Source: Mobula hypostoma
Taxonomy: Eukaryota
Assembly: GCF_963921235.1 (NCBI RefSeq)
Contig: NC_086108.1
Coordinates: 21,700,001-21,764,000, forward strand
Direction of reading: 5' to 3'
DNA: 64,000 nt
The notes under the pieces were generated by a model that was given only the letters and a program-made list of their open reading frames with translations, did no database searches and was not told where the DNA came from. The translations under genes and the position numbers were made by a program. This document shows positions 26,587 to 38,178 of this stretch, piece after piece. Positions within the stretch are counted from its first letter, which is position 1, and the number at the start of each line of letters is the position of its first letter.

Positions 26587-28699
26587 TGTAACACCCTGGG
26601 AAAGGTTTCACTGCTAATGTAATGGTTTCTCTTTAGAAACAGTGTTTGGGTTATGACTAGAGATAATGGGAGCTTTGGAATGTGCGCTGTCCAATGAGGG
26701 GAATGTTTTTCTTTCTTGCATTTCTGAGAGTGAGGGATTCGCAGGCTTTTGTTCGGCGGAAGATGGAGAGAGAAGATGCCAGAACAGAGAGATTGTAGAC
26801 TGAAGGACGGAGTGGATGTGGAATGGGGCCGGGAGTCAACGATGCCCAGGGGAAATCGATGGAGAAGTAATGGATGGGAAGCCGTGAGCTCCAACGTGCA
26901 CATTAGACTATTTCATTAAAATTTCTCTTTTTGTTTTTCTTTACTGCCCCTAGTCAAATTAAGAAATATAAAGCTAAATTGTTTAATTACATGTAGTGTA
27001 CTGTTTGTTATTTCGTGGTACTGATTTGTTACAGGGAAAAACATCATGCAGCATCCACATAAACAAGATTTCACAAGTTCGGCAGGGCCGGATACTGTCT
27101 TTCCCTACACTAACGCCGCCGGTCGACCCTGAGGGTTAAAATTGTGGGGGCTTGTCCAAGATTGATCCCGCTGGATGCTGTGTGATTGCCCTGAGCACTG
27201 AACCAGTGGGTTGTGTGTTTCAAGTCTGTACTAGTGTGGATGCTGCCGGGGTGGAGCGGTGGTGTTCATCCACTGGGGTTACTGGTAACTAGCGCGTGCG
27301 AGTTGAGTGGGGTAGATATTTGTACTCCAGATGAATTGTTAATTCGCCTGTTAAGTACTGTTAAAGTTGTCGGCAAAGTTACGATTGCGGGGCAGAGGTC
27401 TGATAAAGTGGCGGGCACAGAGCTCATTTTACTAGTGCTGACGTCATGGCAGTGGACCTGCCCGGTACTACTGGTGCCCCAGGTGAGGTGGGGCCATGGA
27501 CTGTCTGTACTTTCAGGGAGGAGGAGAGTATAGCGGTGAGGGCTGAATCACAAGTCGAGTTTCCCGTACCTGAGGCCGGAGACTTCAAAGACAGGGTTCT
27601 ATTGTTTCTGGGGAGTGAGGGGAAGGAATGGTCAGATTTGGAATGTCTAATTAGTCCCCATCCCCCAGGGAAGAGTGAGAATTCTGAGTTAGTATCTGCC
27701 CTTACCTTCCTGGTGAATAAATGGAAAAATGCCCAGGTCCAAAGTCCCAGCTATGGCAGGCTCTACCTATTCTCAGGAACGAAACCCACCCCTAAAGGGG
27801 AGAAGGAGTATGAGACTTGGGCAGAGCAGACCTCTCAGTTGTTAGGTGAGTGCCAGTGCTCTGATTAAAGTGCTAAAACACCAGAGGCTGGTTGAAAGTT
27901 TGAGTGGGCCAGCTGCTGCCACGGTGAGAGCCGTGAAGTTCCAATATACCCAAGCCAAGGCTGCCAATTACATGGGAGCACTGGAAAATGCATTTGGCAT
28001 GACAGGAAGCCCAATGGAGCTCATGGCGGGGTTTCAGAACATGCGTCAGGAGAAGGGGGAGAAGCTTTCTGCCTACATCTTTCGGCTAGAGAGGCAGCTA
28101 AATTGCTTGCGGTGCAGAGGGGCCATTCAGGCGGTTGAGGTGGATCAGTTAAGAATGGATCAGATAGCAAAAGGTGCCCAGGACCTGATCGCTTGGGGTC
28201 TCCAACTTTCTCGTAAGACGCAGCACCCCCCCCCCCCCCGTTTGTTGAGCTGATCAGAGAAGTACGAGAGGAGGACAATGTGTCAGAGGCGCAGGAGGCC
28301 TCTGACAGTAGGGTACAATCCTCGGTCGTGGTCCCCTGCAGTGAAGTGACCGCGGACAGCCTGCCCTGGGGAATAGTAGAGGAGATTGTGGCAGAGTTGA
28401 GAACTGAGATGTCCCAGTTGTTATCAGCGGGTGTGCCCCCCCACCCCCCCATATGATGGAGCTGATAGACAGACTATGCGGAAGGCTGCTAGCAGTGGAT
28501 GTCACGTGAGAATTGGAGCAGCCGGTATTGTCTGTTATAACTGTTGTGAAGAGAGACACTGTTTGTTATTTCATGGCACTGATTTGTAACAGGGGAAAAC
28601 ATCACGCAGCATCCACAAAAACGAGATTTCACAAGATTTGGCGGGGCCAGAGACGGTCTTACCCTAGACTAACGCCACCGGCCGACCTTGAGGGTTACA
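26587..28699 (+). mobile_element. Gypsy LTR element with PNMA-like gag; pol and most of the 3' LTR deleted
   Basis: 5' LTR 26587-27140, tRNA-Pro-like PBS tgggggcttgtcc at 27145, gag YGRLYLFSG...GEKEYETWAEQ / LVESLSGPA / QEKGEKLSAYIFRLE, 3' LTR remnant 28557-28699 ending gttaca. Flanks cagt/caga. Confidence 0.85.
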
Positions 28700-29628
28700 C
28701 AGACTAGACACTATGTTGATGAAAGCAAACTGAGTATAGAAATTAACGCAAGTTCAAAGAACAACACTTCAACGGTTGTAGTCTGCAAAACTCAACATCG
28801 AACTCAAACTTTAGATAATTTGTTCCATCTTTTTGGTTTGCATCAGGATTGGCCATCTTTGCCTGCTATCCCATTTTTTCTCCCATTTGTACAGCCTGGT
28901 TATTTGAATATTCCCAATTGGCCACACAATTAATATCATATTAGGGACCTTATAAAATTACACCTACCAGATACAGAGAGCTGAAAAGCCAAACTCCTAC
29001 ATCTGAGAGACATCTCACAGGTAAAGTACTGTAATGTTATAAACAAGCAGATCTAGGGCTTCAGATCAAACACCTTCTGGAATTCCTGATGGCACTGGCG
29101 ACTTCTAAATCATAAAGCAAGCCCTAAAATGTGAGCAAATACAAATCAGTAAATCGGTTAACTTTCCTTATGCCGGTAACCCCTACGTTTAACATCAACC
29201 TCATCTTGGACTTGTTATACCGATATAATTTTTCATTGCTCATATCTGAAACATCAGAAATATTGAGTGGATTGTAGTAGTTCCACAGTAAGCTGCCAGT
29301 TCAAAGTAAGATCAATTTCACCTATTATTCCATGTAGAGATTCACAGAGAGACTGCATCACTTTATTTTCCAACTTCACCCATGAAAAAATACAGATTCC
29401 TTTAAACACAATGTAAAGGTGTAATGAACATGCTAATTTTCATATTATTAAAAGAGCTACAGATAAAAAAAAATCAATCTTGCAGTTCTCAAACTAATCT
29501 TAAGGAAAATAAATGAAAGTGACCTTAAACACCTGCATCAAATTCATGCAATAGTATCACCTACCATCACATCTAATCCACAATGAAATCTGACATAATT
29601 TTGTATCTGCATACTAGTTCAAAGTTAC

Positions 29629-29678
29629 GTTGCACATGGTGAATACCACCAAGATGTCAACAGCCTTCCTGTACATTC
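29629..29678 (-). CDS. Candidate internal exon (GMYRKAVDILVVFTMCN if joined in phase 1 to exon 1)
   Basis: Pyrimidine-rich acceptor cttttttctgttcag, donor gtaact, open in the phase required by exon 1. No homology recognised. Confidence 0.3.
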
Positions 29679-29894
29679 CTGAACAGAAAAAAGTTCTTTA
29701 ACTGAGAAAATGTATAACTGGTGACGTGACCTTCCCCAAACGTAAAACACTATCATATTCCTGATTTGGTTACATAAACTATGACAATAAAGTGCAATGT
29801 TGACAAAAACAAAGCCTACTTCCATCCACTGAGTATGCTTTTACCGTTTGCAACATTAGGCAAGATGAACACTGCCCACACATCAACACACATG

Positions 29895-30730
29895 AAAACA
29901 AAATGAGAAATTCTGCAGATGCTGAAAAACCGAAGCAACACATACAAATGCTGAGGAACACAGCAGGTCAGGCACTATCTATGGCAATGAATAAAAAAGC
30001 TGAGGCCCTTCTTCAGCACTGGAAAGGAAGGGGGAAGGCACCTGAATAAAAAGATGGGGGGGGGAGGGGAAGGAAGCTAGCACCAAGGTGATAGGTGAAA
30101 CCAAGTGGGTAGGAAAGGTGAAGGCTGGAAAGAAACAAATCTGATAGGAGAGGGGAGTTCACCGTAGGAGAAAAGGAAGGACAAGGAAAACCATGGGCTG
30201 GTGAGAAGAGGTAAGTGGCCAGAGTGAGGAGCAGAACCAGAGGAGAGGGGGAGGGAATTCTTTTTTTACCGGAAGGAGAAATCGATAATCATGCCATCAG
30301 GTTGGAGGCTACCCACATGGAATATAAGGTGTTGCTCCTCCACCCTGCAGGTGGCCTCATCGTGGCACAAGAGGAGGCCGTGGACCAACATGTTGAAACA
30401 GGAATGAGAATCAGAATTAAAATGTTTGGAGCAAAGGTGCTCGACAAAGTGGTCCCCAAACTTGCAATGGGTCTCACAATGTAGAGGAGGCTGCATCGGG
30501 AGCACCAAACACAACTGATCAACCCCTGCAGATTTCACAGTCTCAGCAGGAAAGACTGTTTGGGACCCTGAATACAGGTGACAGTGGAGGTGAATGGGCA
30601 GGTGTAGCACTTGGTTGTTTGCAGGGACAAGTGCCGGAGGGAAATTAGAGAGGTAGGGATGAACAAGGAAATCATGGAGGGAGTGATCCCTGAAGAAAAC
30701 TGGTGAAGGGGAAGCTAATGTTTGGTGCTG
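29895..30730 (-). mobile_element. Older Penelope 3' fragment (GIY-YIG C-terminus and tail)
   Basis: HFNSDSHS...HGLL...EEQHLIFHVGSLQPDGM is homologous to 18767-19000. Confidence 0.85.
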
Positions 30731-31879
30731 TCTACATATATACGGTATAAATGGGCTATTGATAAACAAAGCTTGTTCCTGTTAAAGTGAAAACATTAAT
30801 AAAGTTCTTCTTTCTGCTGCCTAGTCAATGCACCTGGCTTGAGCTAAAACAGGGCAGCTAAAAAATCATTCTCTTTGGTCAAAATCCTCCTTGGCATTAT
30901 ATCCATTTTGTCCTCTGATAACTAACCACAACACACATTAAAAGATTGATATAGTTGCTAAAGGTCAATTACCTCAGCCCTACGGCATTATTATGCCATT
31001 CCTTAAAGTTACAATGCCCTTCCTTCCAATAAAACGGGAATTTTCAACCCCGGGTTCACGGACCCCTTGGTTAATGGTATTGGCCCATAGCATATAAAAG
31101 GTTAGAAATGGGAATGTGCAATGTTCCATTCCAATTGCAACACTCCAGCAAGTGAAGCTTGGTAATTTAAAGGTTACAAGGCTACAAAATAAAAGAATGG
31201 ATAGTGTATATTGCCTCCCAGACATTTAGAAGCTGCCAAACATAACAATGGTTGAAGATCCAAGGGACTGATTTGTGATTTAATTCAAAGAATAAAGCTC
31301 CAGTGTTCATTGATCACAGGATTCTGACTCTGCAAGAAACTAGTAAATTTCTATTTAAGGTTCAATGAAATGAGAATAACTACATTTTATAACAAAAGTA
31401 GCACAAAATAAGGGACAATATCCTGATGTAACACATTCTCAGCTTCATTTACTGGCAGGAATGAATGGTTGTAATAAAATAAGAAACAGTGAGTCAACGC
31501 CAAGATTACTCCAACTGAATCCAGGGCATCGATAGCAGCCAGAAGAGCTGGTATTAAGAAATACTGAAAAGGCTACCTTCAGAAAGTAAAATAGCTAAGA
31601 AATGAAACTTTAATCAGACTCATGAGTGGAACAAGATCCTAGCATGAACTGTCAGGAGAAATCAACTCAATGCTCTTTAATGGAGGTGATATTGTAGATG
31701 AACTACTGGCTGCTACAGTAACACAAAGATGACCAAACTGGTAAGAGAAGGACTGTGGTGATTCACTACCACCTTCTGAAAGACAGACAATAACAGACAA
31801 TAAATGCTGGCCTCTTCCAGCAATGTGCTGAGCCCCCAAGGCATTACTTAGATTTCCATATATTACAGCTGTCAAAGGA

Positions 31880-34182
31880 ACATGCTGGACCTTGTTTACA
31901 CAACCATTCCTGACGCATACCGGGCAGAGACCCGCTCCCACCTTGGTTACTCAGACCACATCTCTGTTATGCTCATCCCAGCACACAGACCGCTCATTAG
32001 GCACTCCAGACCAGTTCAAAAGCAGGTGAAAACCTGGCCAGCAGGAGCCATCTCTGCTCTTCAAGACTGCTTTGAGCACACTGACTGGCACATGTTCAGG
32101 GAGGCTGCAACCAATAGCGACTCTACCAACTTAGAGGAGTACACGGCATCAGTGACTACCGACATCAGCAAGTGCATTGATGACATCACTGTGGCCAAGA
32201 CCATCACTACACGCGCTAATCAGAAGCCATGGATGACTGCGGAAGTGCCTGCGCTGCTGAGGACCCGTGACTCTGCCTTCAGAGCAGGCGACAAGGCAGC
32301 CCTAACAACAGCGAAGGCCAAACAGTCCCAGGCCATCAGAGGGGCAAAGCATGCACACGCCCAGCAAATCCACAGCCACTTCCAGGACAGTGGCGACACG
32401 CAGCGCATGTGGCAGGGCATTCAGGACATCACCAACTACAAGACAACACCAACTGCCTGTGCTGGAGATGCCTCCCTCCCAGATGTGTTGAACAACTTCT
32501 ACGCTCGTTTTGAGGTGGAAAATGACATGGCAGCGAGGAAGACCACTCCTTCTCCAAATGACCAGGTGCTGTGTCTTACTGTGGCCGATGTGAGGAGAAC
32601 CCTGTGCAGGGTCAACCCACGGAAGGCTGCTGGACCAGACAATATTCCTGGCAGAGTGCTTAGAGGATGTGTAGACCAGCTAGCTGAGATTCTCACTGAC
32701 ATCCTCAACATCTCCCTGAGCAGCACCATCGTTCCTACATGCTTCAAGGCCGCCACCATCGTCCCCGTGCCGAAGAAGTCTTCAGTGTACTGCCTCTTAC
32801 TGTCCCGTCGTACTCACATCCATCATCATAAAGTGTTTCAAGAGGCTTGTCATGAGGCACATCAAGACCCCGCTGCCCTCCTCACTGAACCCCTGCAGTT
32901 CGCGTACCATCCCAACCGTTCAACAGACGACGCCATTGTCATCACCCTCCACCTGGCCCTAACCCACCTGGACAAAAAAGACATGTACGTTCGAATGCTG
33001 TTCATGGACTTCAGTTCAGCATTCAACACAATCATTCCTCAGAAACTGATTGGAAAGCTGAGCCTACTGGGTCTGAACACCTCCCTCTGCAACTGGATCC
33101 TAGAATTCCTGACTGGGAGACCTCAGTCAGTCCGGATTGGAAGCAGCATCTCCAACACCATCACACTGAGCACGGGGGCCCCCCAGGGCTGTGTGCTCAG
33201 TCCACTGCTGTTCACTCTGCTGACCCACGACTGTGCAGTAACACACAACTCAAACTACATCATTAAGTTCGCCGATGACACGACTGTGGTGGGTCTCATC
33301 AGCAAGAACAACGAGTCAGCATACAGAGAGGAGGTGCAGTGGCTAACGGACTGGTGCAGAGCCAACAACCTGTCTTTGAATATGAACAAAACAAGAATTG
33401 TTTGTTGACTTCAGGAGGACACGGAGCAACCACTCTCCACTGAACATCGACACCTCCTCCGTAGAGATAATTTTGAGCACCAAATTTCTTGGTGTTCACC
33501 TGGCGGAGAATCTCAGCTGGTCCCTCAACACCAGCTCCATAGCAAAGAAAGCCCGGCAGTGTCTCTACTTTCTGCGAAGGCTGAGAAAAGTCCATCTCCC
33601 ATCCCCCACCCTCACCACATTCTACAGAGGTTGTATTGAGAGCATCCTGAGCAGCTGCATCACTGCCTGGTTCGGAAATTGCACCATCTCGGATCGCAAG
33701 ACCCTGCAGCGGCCTCTCTTCCCGACATTACAGACATTTACATCACACGCTGCATCCGTAAAGCAAACAGCATTACGAAGGACCCCACGCACCCCTCATA
33801 CAAACTCTTCTCCCTCCTGCCATCTGGCAAAAGGCACCGAAGCATTCAGGCTCTCACAACCAGACTATGTAACAGTTTCTTCCCCCAAGTCATCAGACTC
33901 CTCAATACCCAGAGGCTAGACTGACACCAACCTACTGCCCTCTGCTGTGCATATTGACTTTTTATTATTTATTGTAATGCCTGCACTGTTTTGCGCACTT
34001 TATGCAGTCCTGGGTAGGTCTGTAGTCTAGTGTAGTTTTTGTGTTGTTTTACGTAGTTCAGTGTAGTTTTTGTATTGTTTCATGTAGCACCATGGTTCTG
34101 AAAAATGTTGTCTCGTTTTTGCTGTGTACTGTACCAGCAGTTACGGTCGAAATGACAATAAAAAGTGACTTGACTTGACTTG
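31880..34182 (+). mobile_element. Rex1/Babar-clade LINE, 5'-truncated, few disruptions
   Basis: [41 protein letters not shown] and KFADDT motifs; aataaa + (GACTT)n tail. Confidence 0.92.
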
Positions 34183-35131
34183 GATTGTACACATACAGAA
34201 GTTTTATTTCACTGATCTCAGCATGTTAAATCTAATTTTGAACAAGACCAGAATCTTTCAACCAACTCCAGTCCTTCAGTTCACCTTCAAGGTGGCCACA
34301 TTACTGATGTCTTTTGCAAATACACAAGTATCTGGCAAGTCCGTTTTCAGTGTAAACTGTCTGCGGTAGAATGGGCGAGAGAAACCACATAAAGTAGTAT
34401 GAGCAACGCAGACATGCTGCTTTTGCAGAATTTGTACTACTCAAGCTTCTACTCCACTTCAATAGCTTGACTCTGCACATGGTTCCCACACCAAGTATGA
34501 ATAAAGCATTAGCAAGAGGAAGTGATCACAAACAAAATTCTCAAGGCCAGATTTGAAATGCCCCCAGAAAGGTCCTGAAACACATCTTTGAGCCTCCCTT
34601 GGAGTGCTTTCCGTCTTTTAGCTCAATGATGCAATTGCCAGCTTTCTGCAATGTCATCAGCCAAAATATGAATGCTCGGAGTTCCTACCCATTGCAAGAA
34701 CATCAGAGCCTGAGCATTTATTTTGGCATCTTATAAGAAATAGTAGTAGGAGTGGACCACATGGCCACTCAAACTGGCATCACCATAAAATGAAATCAAG
34801 GCTGATCCTCATGAGCTTCCACAATCCAAATGCAAGTGGTGCAATTTCGTTGCACGGTATCTGCGTACCATTGCTGTCTGCATGCATAATTGCGATCTGA
34901 ATGACTACCATCATCGCATGTATTTGAAAGTAATCTGCCAAATGTTACAGTTCATCTGAATATTCTGACATTGACATCAACAACAAAGGGCGGTATTGCT
35001 ACGATGGGAGAAATGTTTTCTGTGAGAACATTTTGGTCATGCTCAGGTATGGTGCATCACTTCTTCATTCATAACTTTGATTGTGAGATCAAAGTGTCAC
35101 AAGCTGAAGAAGAGTCATCTATAATTCAGTA

Positions 35132-36000
35132 CAATGGATTGCAGTTAATTGGGCCATTGGTTAATCAAGGAAGCCGCTTATTTGGGACAACTCTTAAAGA
35201 ACAAACACGAATTGAGAAACTTGCTGGGATTCCCCTGGTTTATTTGGGTCACTATGCCACTTAATTGGGGCAAGAGACTGTTGCCAAACAAATTCTAACT
35301 AGTGTCAGTTGAATGTGTTTGTGTTCAAAAAGCAGAAGTTTTTCTCACTGATAGTTGGCAAGAAATGAACAATAAGACAGTTCAGAATTGTTTTGCTTAC
35401 TGTGGTTTCAAGCATTCAGGCTTGGAGATGTCAGAAACGGCCAGGCGTGAAAATGAAATTTTTTCACTCATTTTCAGCAAGTTAGAAACAACAAAGAATT
35501 TGAAGGTATTGTCAATAATCTTAAATATTACAAAGAAAATGAAGGTTTGGAGGATGCAATCATCAATAGCATTGTATGAAGCCAGTTCATTATCTGCACT
35601 AGGTGCTTGCACTGATATCGTTCATTGCTTGCACTGGATGAATTCCTCCATTGATAACTGTTAGGAACTAATGCACAGTTTTATAGTACTGTAGTACTAT
35701 TGGTAGTGTTCTAATTTGTTTTGTACTCCATTTAAATACATAGTTTGTTACTTAATTTGTTATTTCTACACTCTTTCCATGGTCAGGGCATGAAGAGATA
35801 CAGGGAGAAGGTCGGAGATTGGGGCTGAGAGGAAAATTGGATCAGCCACGATGAAATGGCAGAGCAAATTCGACGGGCCAATGGCCTAATTCTGCTTCTA
35901 TATCTTATAGTGTCATGGAGGCTTCAGTTAATTGAAGAAACCACTTAATTGGACCAAAATATACTGGTCCCGATGTGTCCCAATTAACCAGAATTCACTG
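35132..36000 (+). mobile_element. Tigger-like non-autonomous DNA transposon, old
   Basis: Imperfect TIRs caatggattgcagttaattggg / cccaattaaccagaattcactg with TA flanks; remnant SWQEMNNKTVQNCFAYCGF. It contains a short CR1 3' piece at about 35780-35910. Confidence 0.75.
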
Positions 36001-36277
36001 TACATGCAAGAATCAGAAACAGTATTCAGCAAACAAAGCATTATCTGCATCAGTAAACTCCTCATATTTAACAGCCTGGAATCCTGTGATGATTATTTAG
36101 TCATTTCCTGACTACTGATAGCAAAATTCCTGCCATACTTCCGCTGAAGCCTTGTAGAAATTAATGAACAAGAGATCGTAACTGGGTATTAGAACCATCC
36201 CAGGAAACCACTGATACAGTCATCATAGTTCAATGGCTATGTGAAACTCCAGGACTAAACTTAAATATTTACATAAT

Positions 36278-36970
36278 TACATGTGGTGTCACAGCAAAAA
36301 CCTTGCACTCAACATTAGTAAGACCAAAGAATTGATTATGGACCAGAAAGGGTAAGATGAGGGAGCACACACCAGTCCTCAGAGGGATCATAAGTGAGCA
36401 CTTTCAAGTTCCTGTGTGTCAGCATCTCTGAGATCTATTCTGGACCCAACATATCAATGCAGTTACAAAGAAGACATGACAGCAGATATATTTCATTAGG
36501 AGTTTGAGGAGATTTGGTGTGTCACCAAAGACTCTTGCAAATTACTGTGGAAACAGTACACAGGATCAAAATAAGGTGCAGAAAGTAGTAATCTCAGTCA
36601 GCTCCATCATGGGCACTAACCTCCCCAACATCTAGGAGCAAGGAGCAATGCCTCTAAAAGGCGGCATCCATCACCAAGGACCCCCAAAACCCAGGACAAG
36701 CCCTCTTCCCAATGCTATCATCAGGGAGAGATACAGAAGCCTGAAGGCACAAACTCAATGATTCAGAAACAGCTTCTTCCTCTCTGCCACCTGATTTCTA
36801 AATGGACATTGAACCCATGAACACCACCTTACTGCATTTTTTTCTCTTTTTGCACTTCTTATTTAACTTTTTAATATTATCTACTTCTTATTGTAAATGC
36901 AGGTTTTTTTGATTATATATTGCATTGTACTGCTGTCTCATATCAACAAATTTCACCACTGATTCTGATT
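36278..36970 (+). mobile_element. Rex1-like LINE 3' fragment
   Basis: tggtgtcacagcaaaaaccttgcactcaacattagtaagaccaaagaa and downstream motifs shared with 1725-2290. Confidence 0.75.
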
Positions 36971-37369
36971 TTCATTGACCTGACATAAACATTTGATGCG
37001 GTCAACAGGGTCAACAGGAGAGGAGGCCTTTGGCTGGAGAAATCCCTCGCAGTAGTTCGGAATTCTTTGATGCCAAACTCATTCGTGTTACGAGTCATTT
37101 GTCGGTCATTTAAACATTCACTGACACTACAGGAATCAATTCTCAACGTTTCCATAACCGGAACTTCTTCGCAAGGAGGAAGCTACATTCAACACATCTC
37201 AAAACGAACCACTAACGGACAAACGAAGCATGAAATTCGCGTGAAACAAATCAGAAGAAAATACTGTGGGGTCCTTGGATGATGCAGATTAAATGACAAC
37301 AGCTGCCAGTTTATAACATTACTAAAAACTACATTTCATAAATTAATTGGATAACATTACAACCCAATG

Positions 37370-37960
37370 TCACCGAAAGCATCGTTGCCGTTCACAGAAA
37401 CCGATGGTCACTTTCACTGGCCTTTAAATAAAGTATGTCACTCAATCTGCAATTACACGATCAGGAGCCTCGGCAAAACTTGCGGTCTTCGTGGAAGGCC
37501 GACACGTTACAGAGTCAGATCCCACCGGAACAGGAGCTGGCCTACTGCGGGCCTCCCGACACTCACCCCAATCCCGGTCCCAGGACCCGCTGCCAATCTC
37601 GCAGCCCGCGACGTTCATGAGCTCACTGAAGTCGGCCGCCATGCCCCGGCTTCCCGATCCGTTCTGGTGCCCTCCCTGGTTTATTTCCTCTCCTAGTTGT
37701 GTCAGATTGCTTCGTCTCCGGTTTATTTCCTCTCCTGGTTGAATCCCGGTTTAGTTCCTCGTCGCCCTTGTTTCGGGTCTCAGGCTTTCCGTCACAAACA
37801 ACACGTCCTACTTCACCATAACTCTTTGACGACTACGGCGAGTCCGGGTGGGTCAATCAGCGGCAGTTCAAAATCGCGCAATTTGACCAGCGAGAAGTTG
37901 GCGGATGCGCTTATCATCTGTCAGTCCGCTTCACGGCGGGGGTATACCTGCTGGGGGATT
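37370..37960 (-). promoter_or_regulatory. CpG island / promoter and 5' UTR of the minus-strand host gene
   Basis: High CpG density in otherwise CpG-depleted unique DNA. Three GAGGAA(A/C)TAAACC(G/A)G motifs lie at 37677-37760, and a minus-strand TTGCGCGATTTTGAA (E2F-like + CHR-like) lies near 37867-37882. Confidence 0.65.
37567..37642 (-). CDS. Probable first coding exon of an unidentified host gene (MAADFSELMNVAGCEIGSGSWDRDW, phase-1 intron follows)
   Basis: ATG in strong Kozak context (ggggcATGG) inside the only non-repeat CpG-rich island. 25 codons + 1 nt are followed by a consensus donor G|GTGAGT (plus-strand actcac 37561-37566). Confidence 0.7.
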
Positions 37961-38034
37961 GTGACCCCACTGAAGTGAATACATTCCCTGTTCTGGAGAT
38001 AAACTACGACAATGCATATCAACTTCTTACTTTG

Positions 38035-38178
38035 ACTCCAGTCCCGATGAGGGGTCTCGGCCCGAGGCATCGACTGTTTAACTCCTTTCCATAGCTGCTG
38101 CCTGACCTGCTGAGTTCCTCCTGCATTTTGAGTGTGTTGCTTGGATTTCCATCATCTGCAGATTTTCTCTTGTTTCTG
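38035..38178 (+). mobile_element. Penelope 3'-end-derived short repeat with decayed hammerhead
   Basis: cagtc ccgatga ggggtctcggcc cgaggc atc gactg followed by gctgcctgacctgctgagttcctcc. Confidence 0.8.

Noticed and set aside
27446..28253. Domesticated PNMA-like host gene
   Set aside because: Frameshifts and stops, with LTRs and PBS still attached.
34950..35119. Candidate exon 2 of the host gene
   Set aside because: An in-frame stop occurs after 16 codons in the phase needed, and the acceptor abuts a Tigger TIR.
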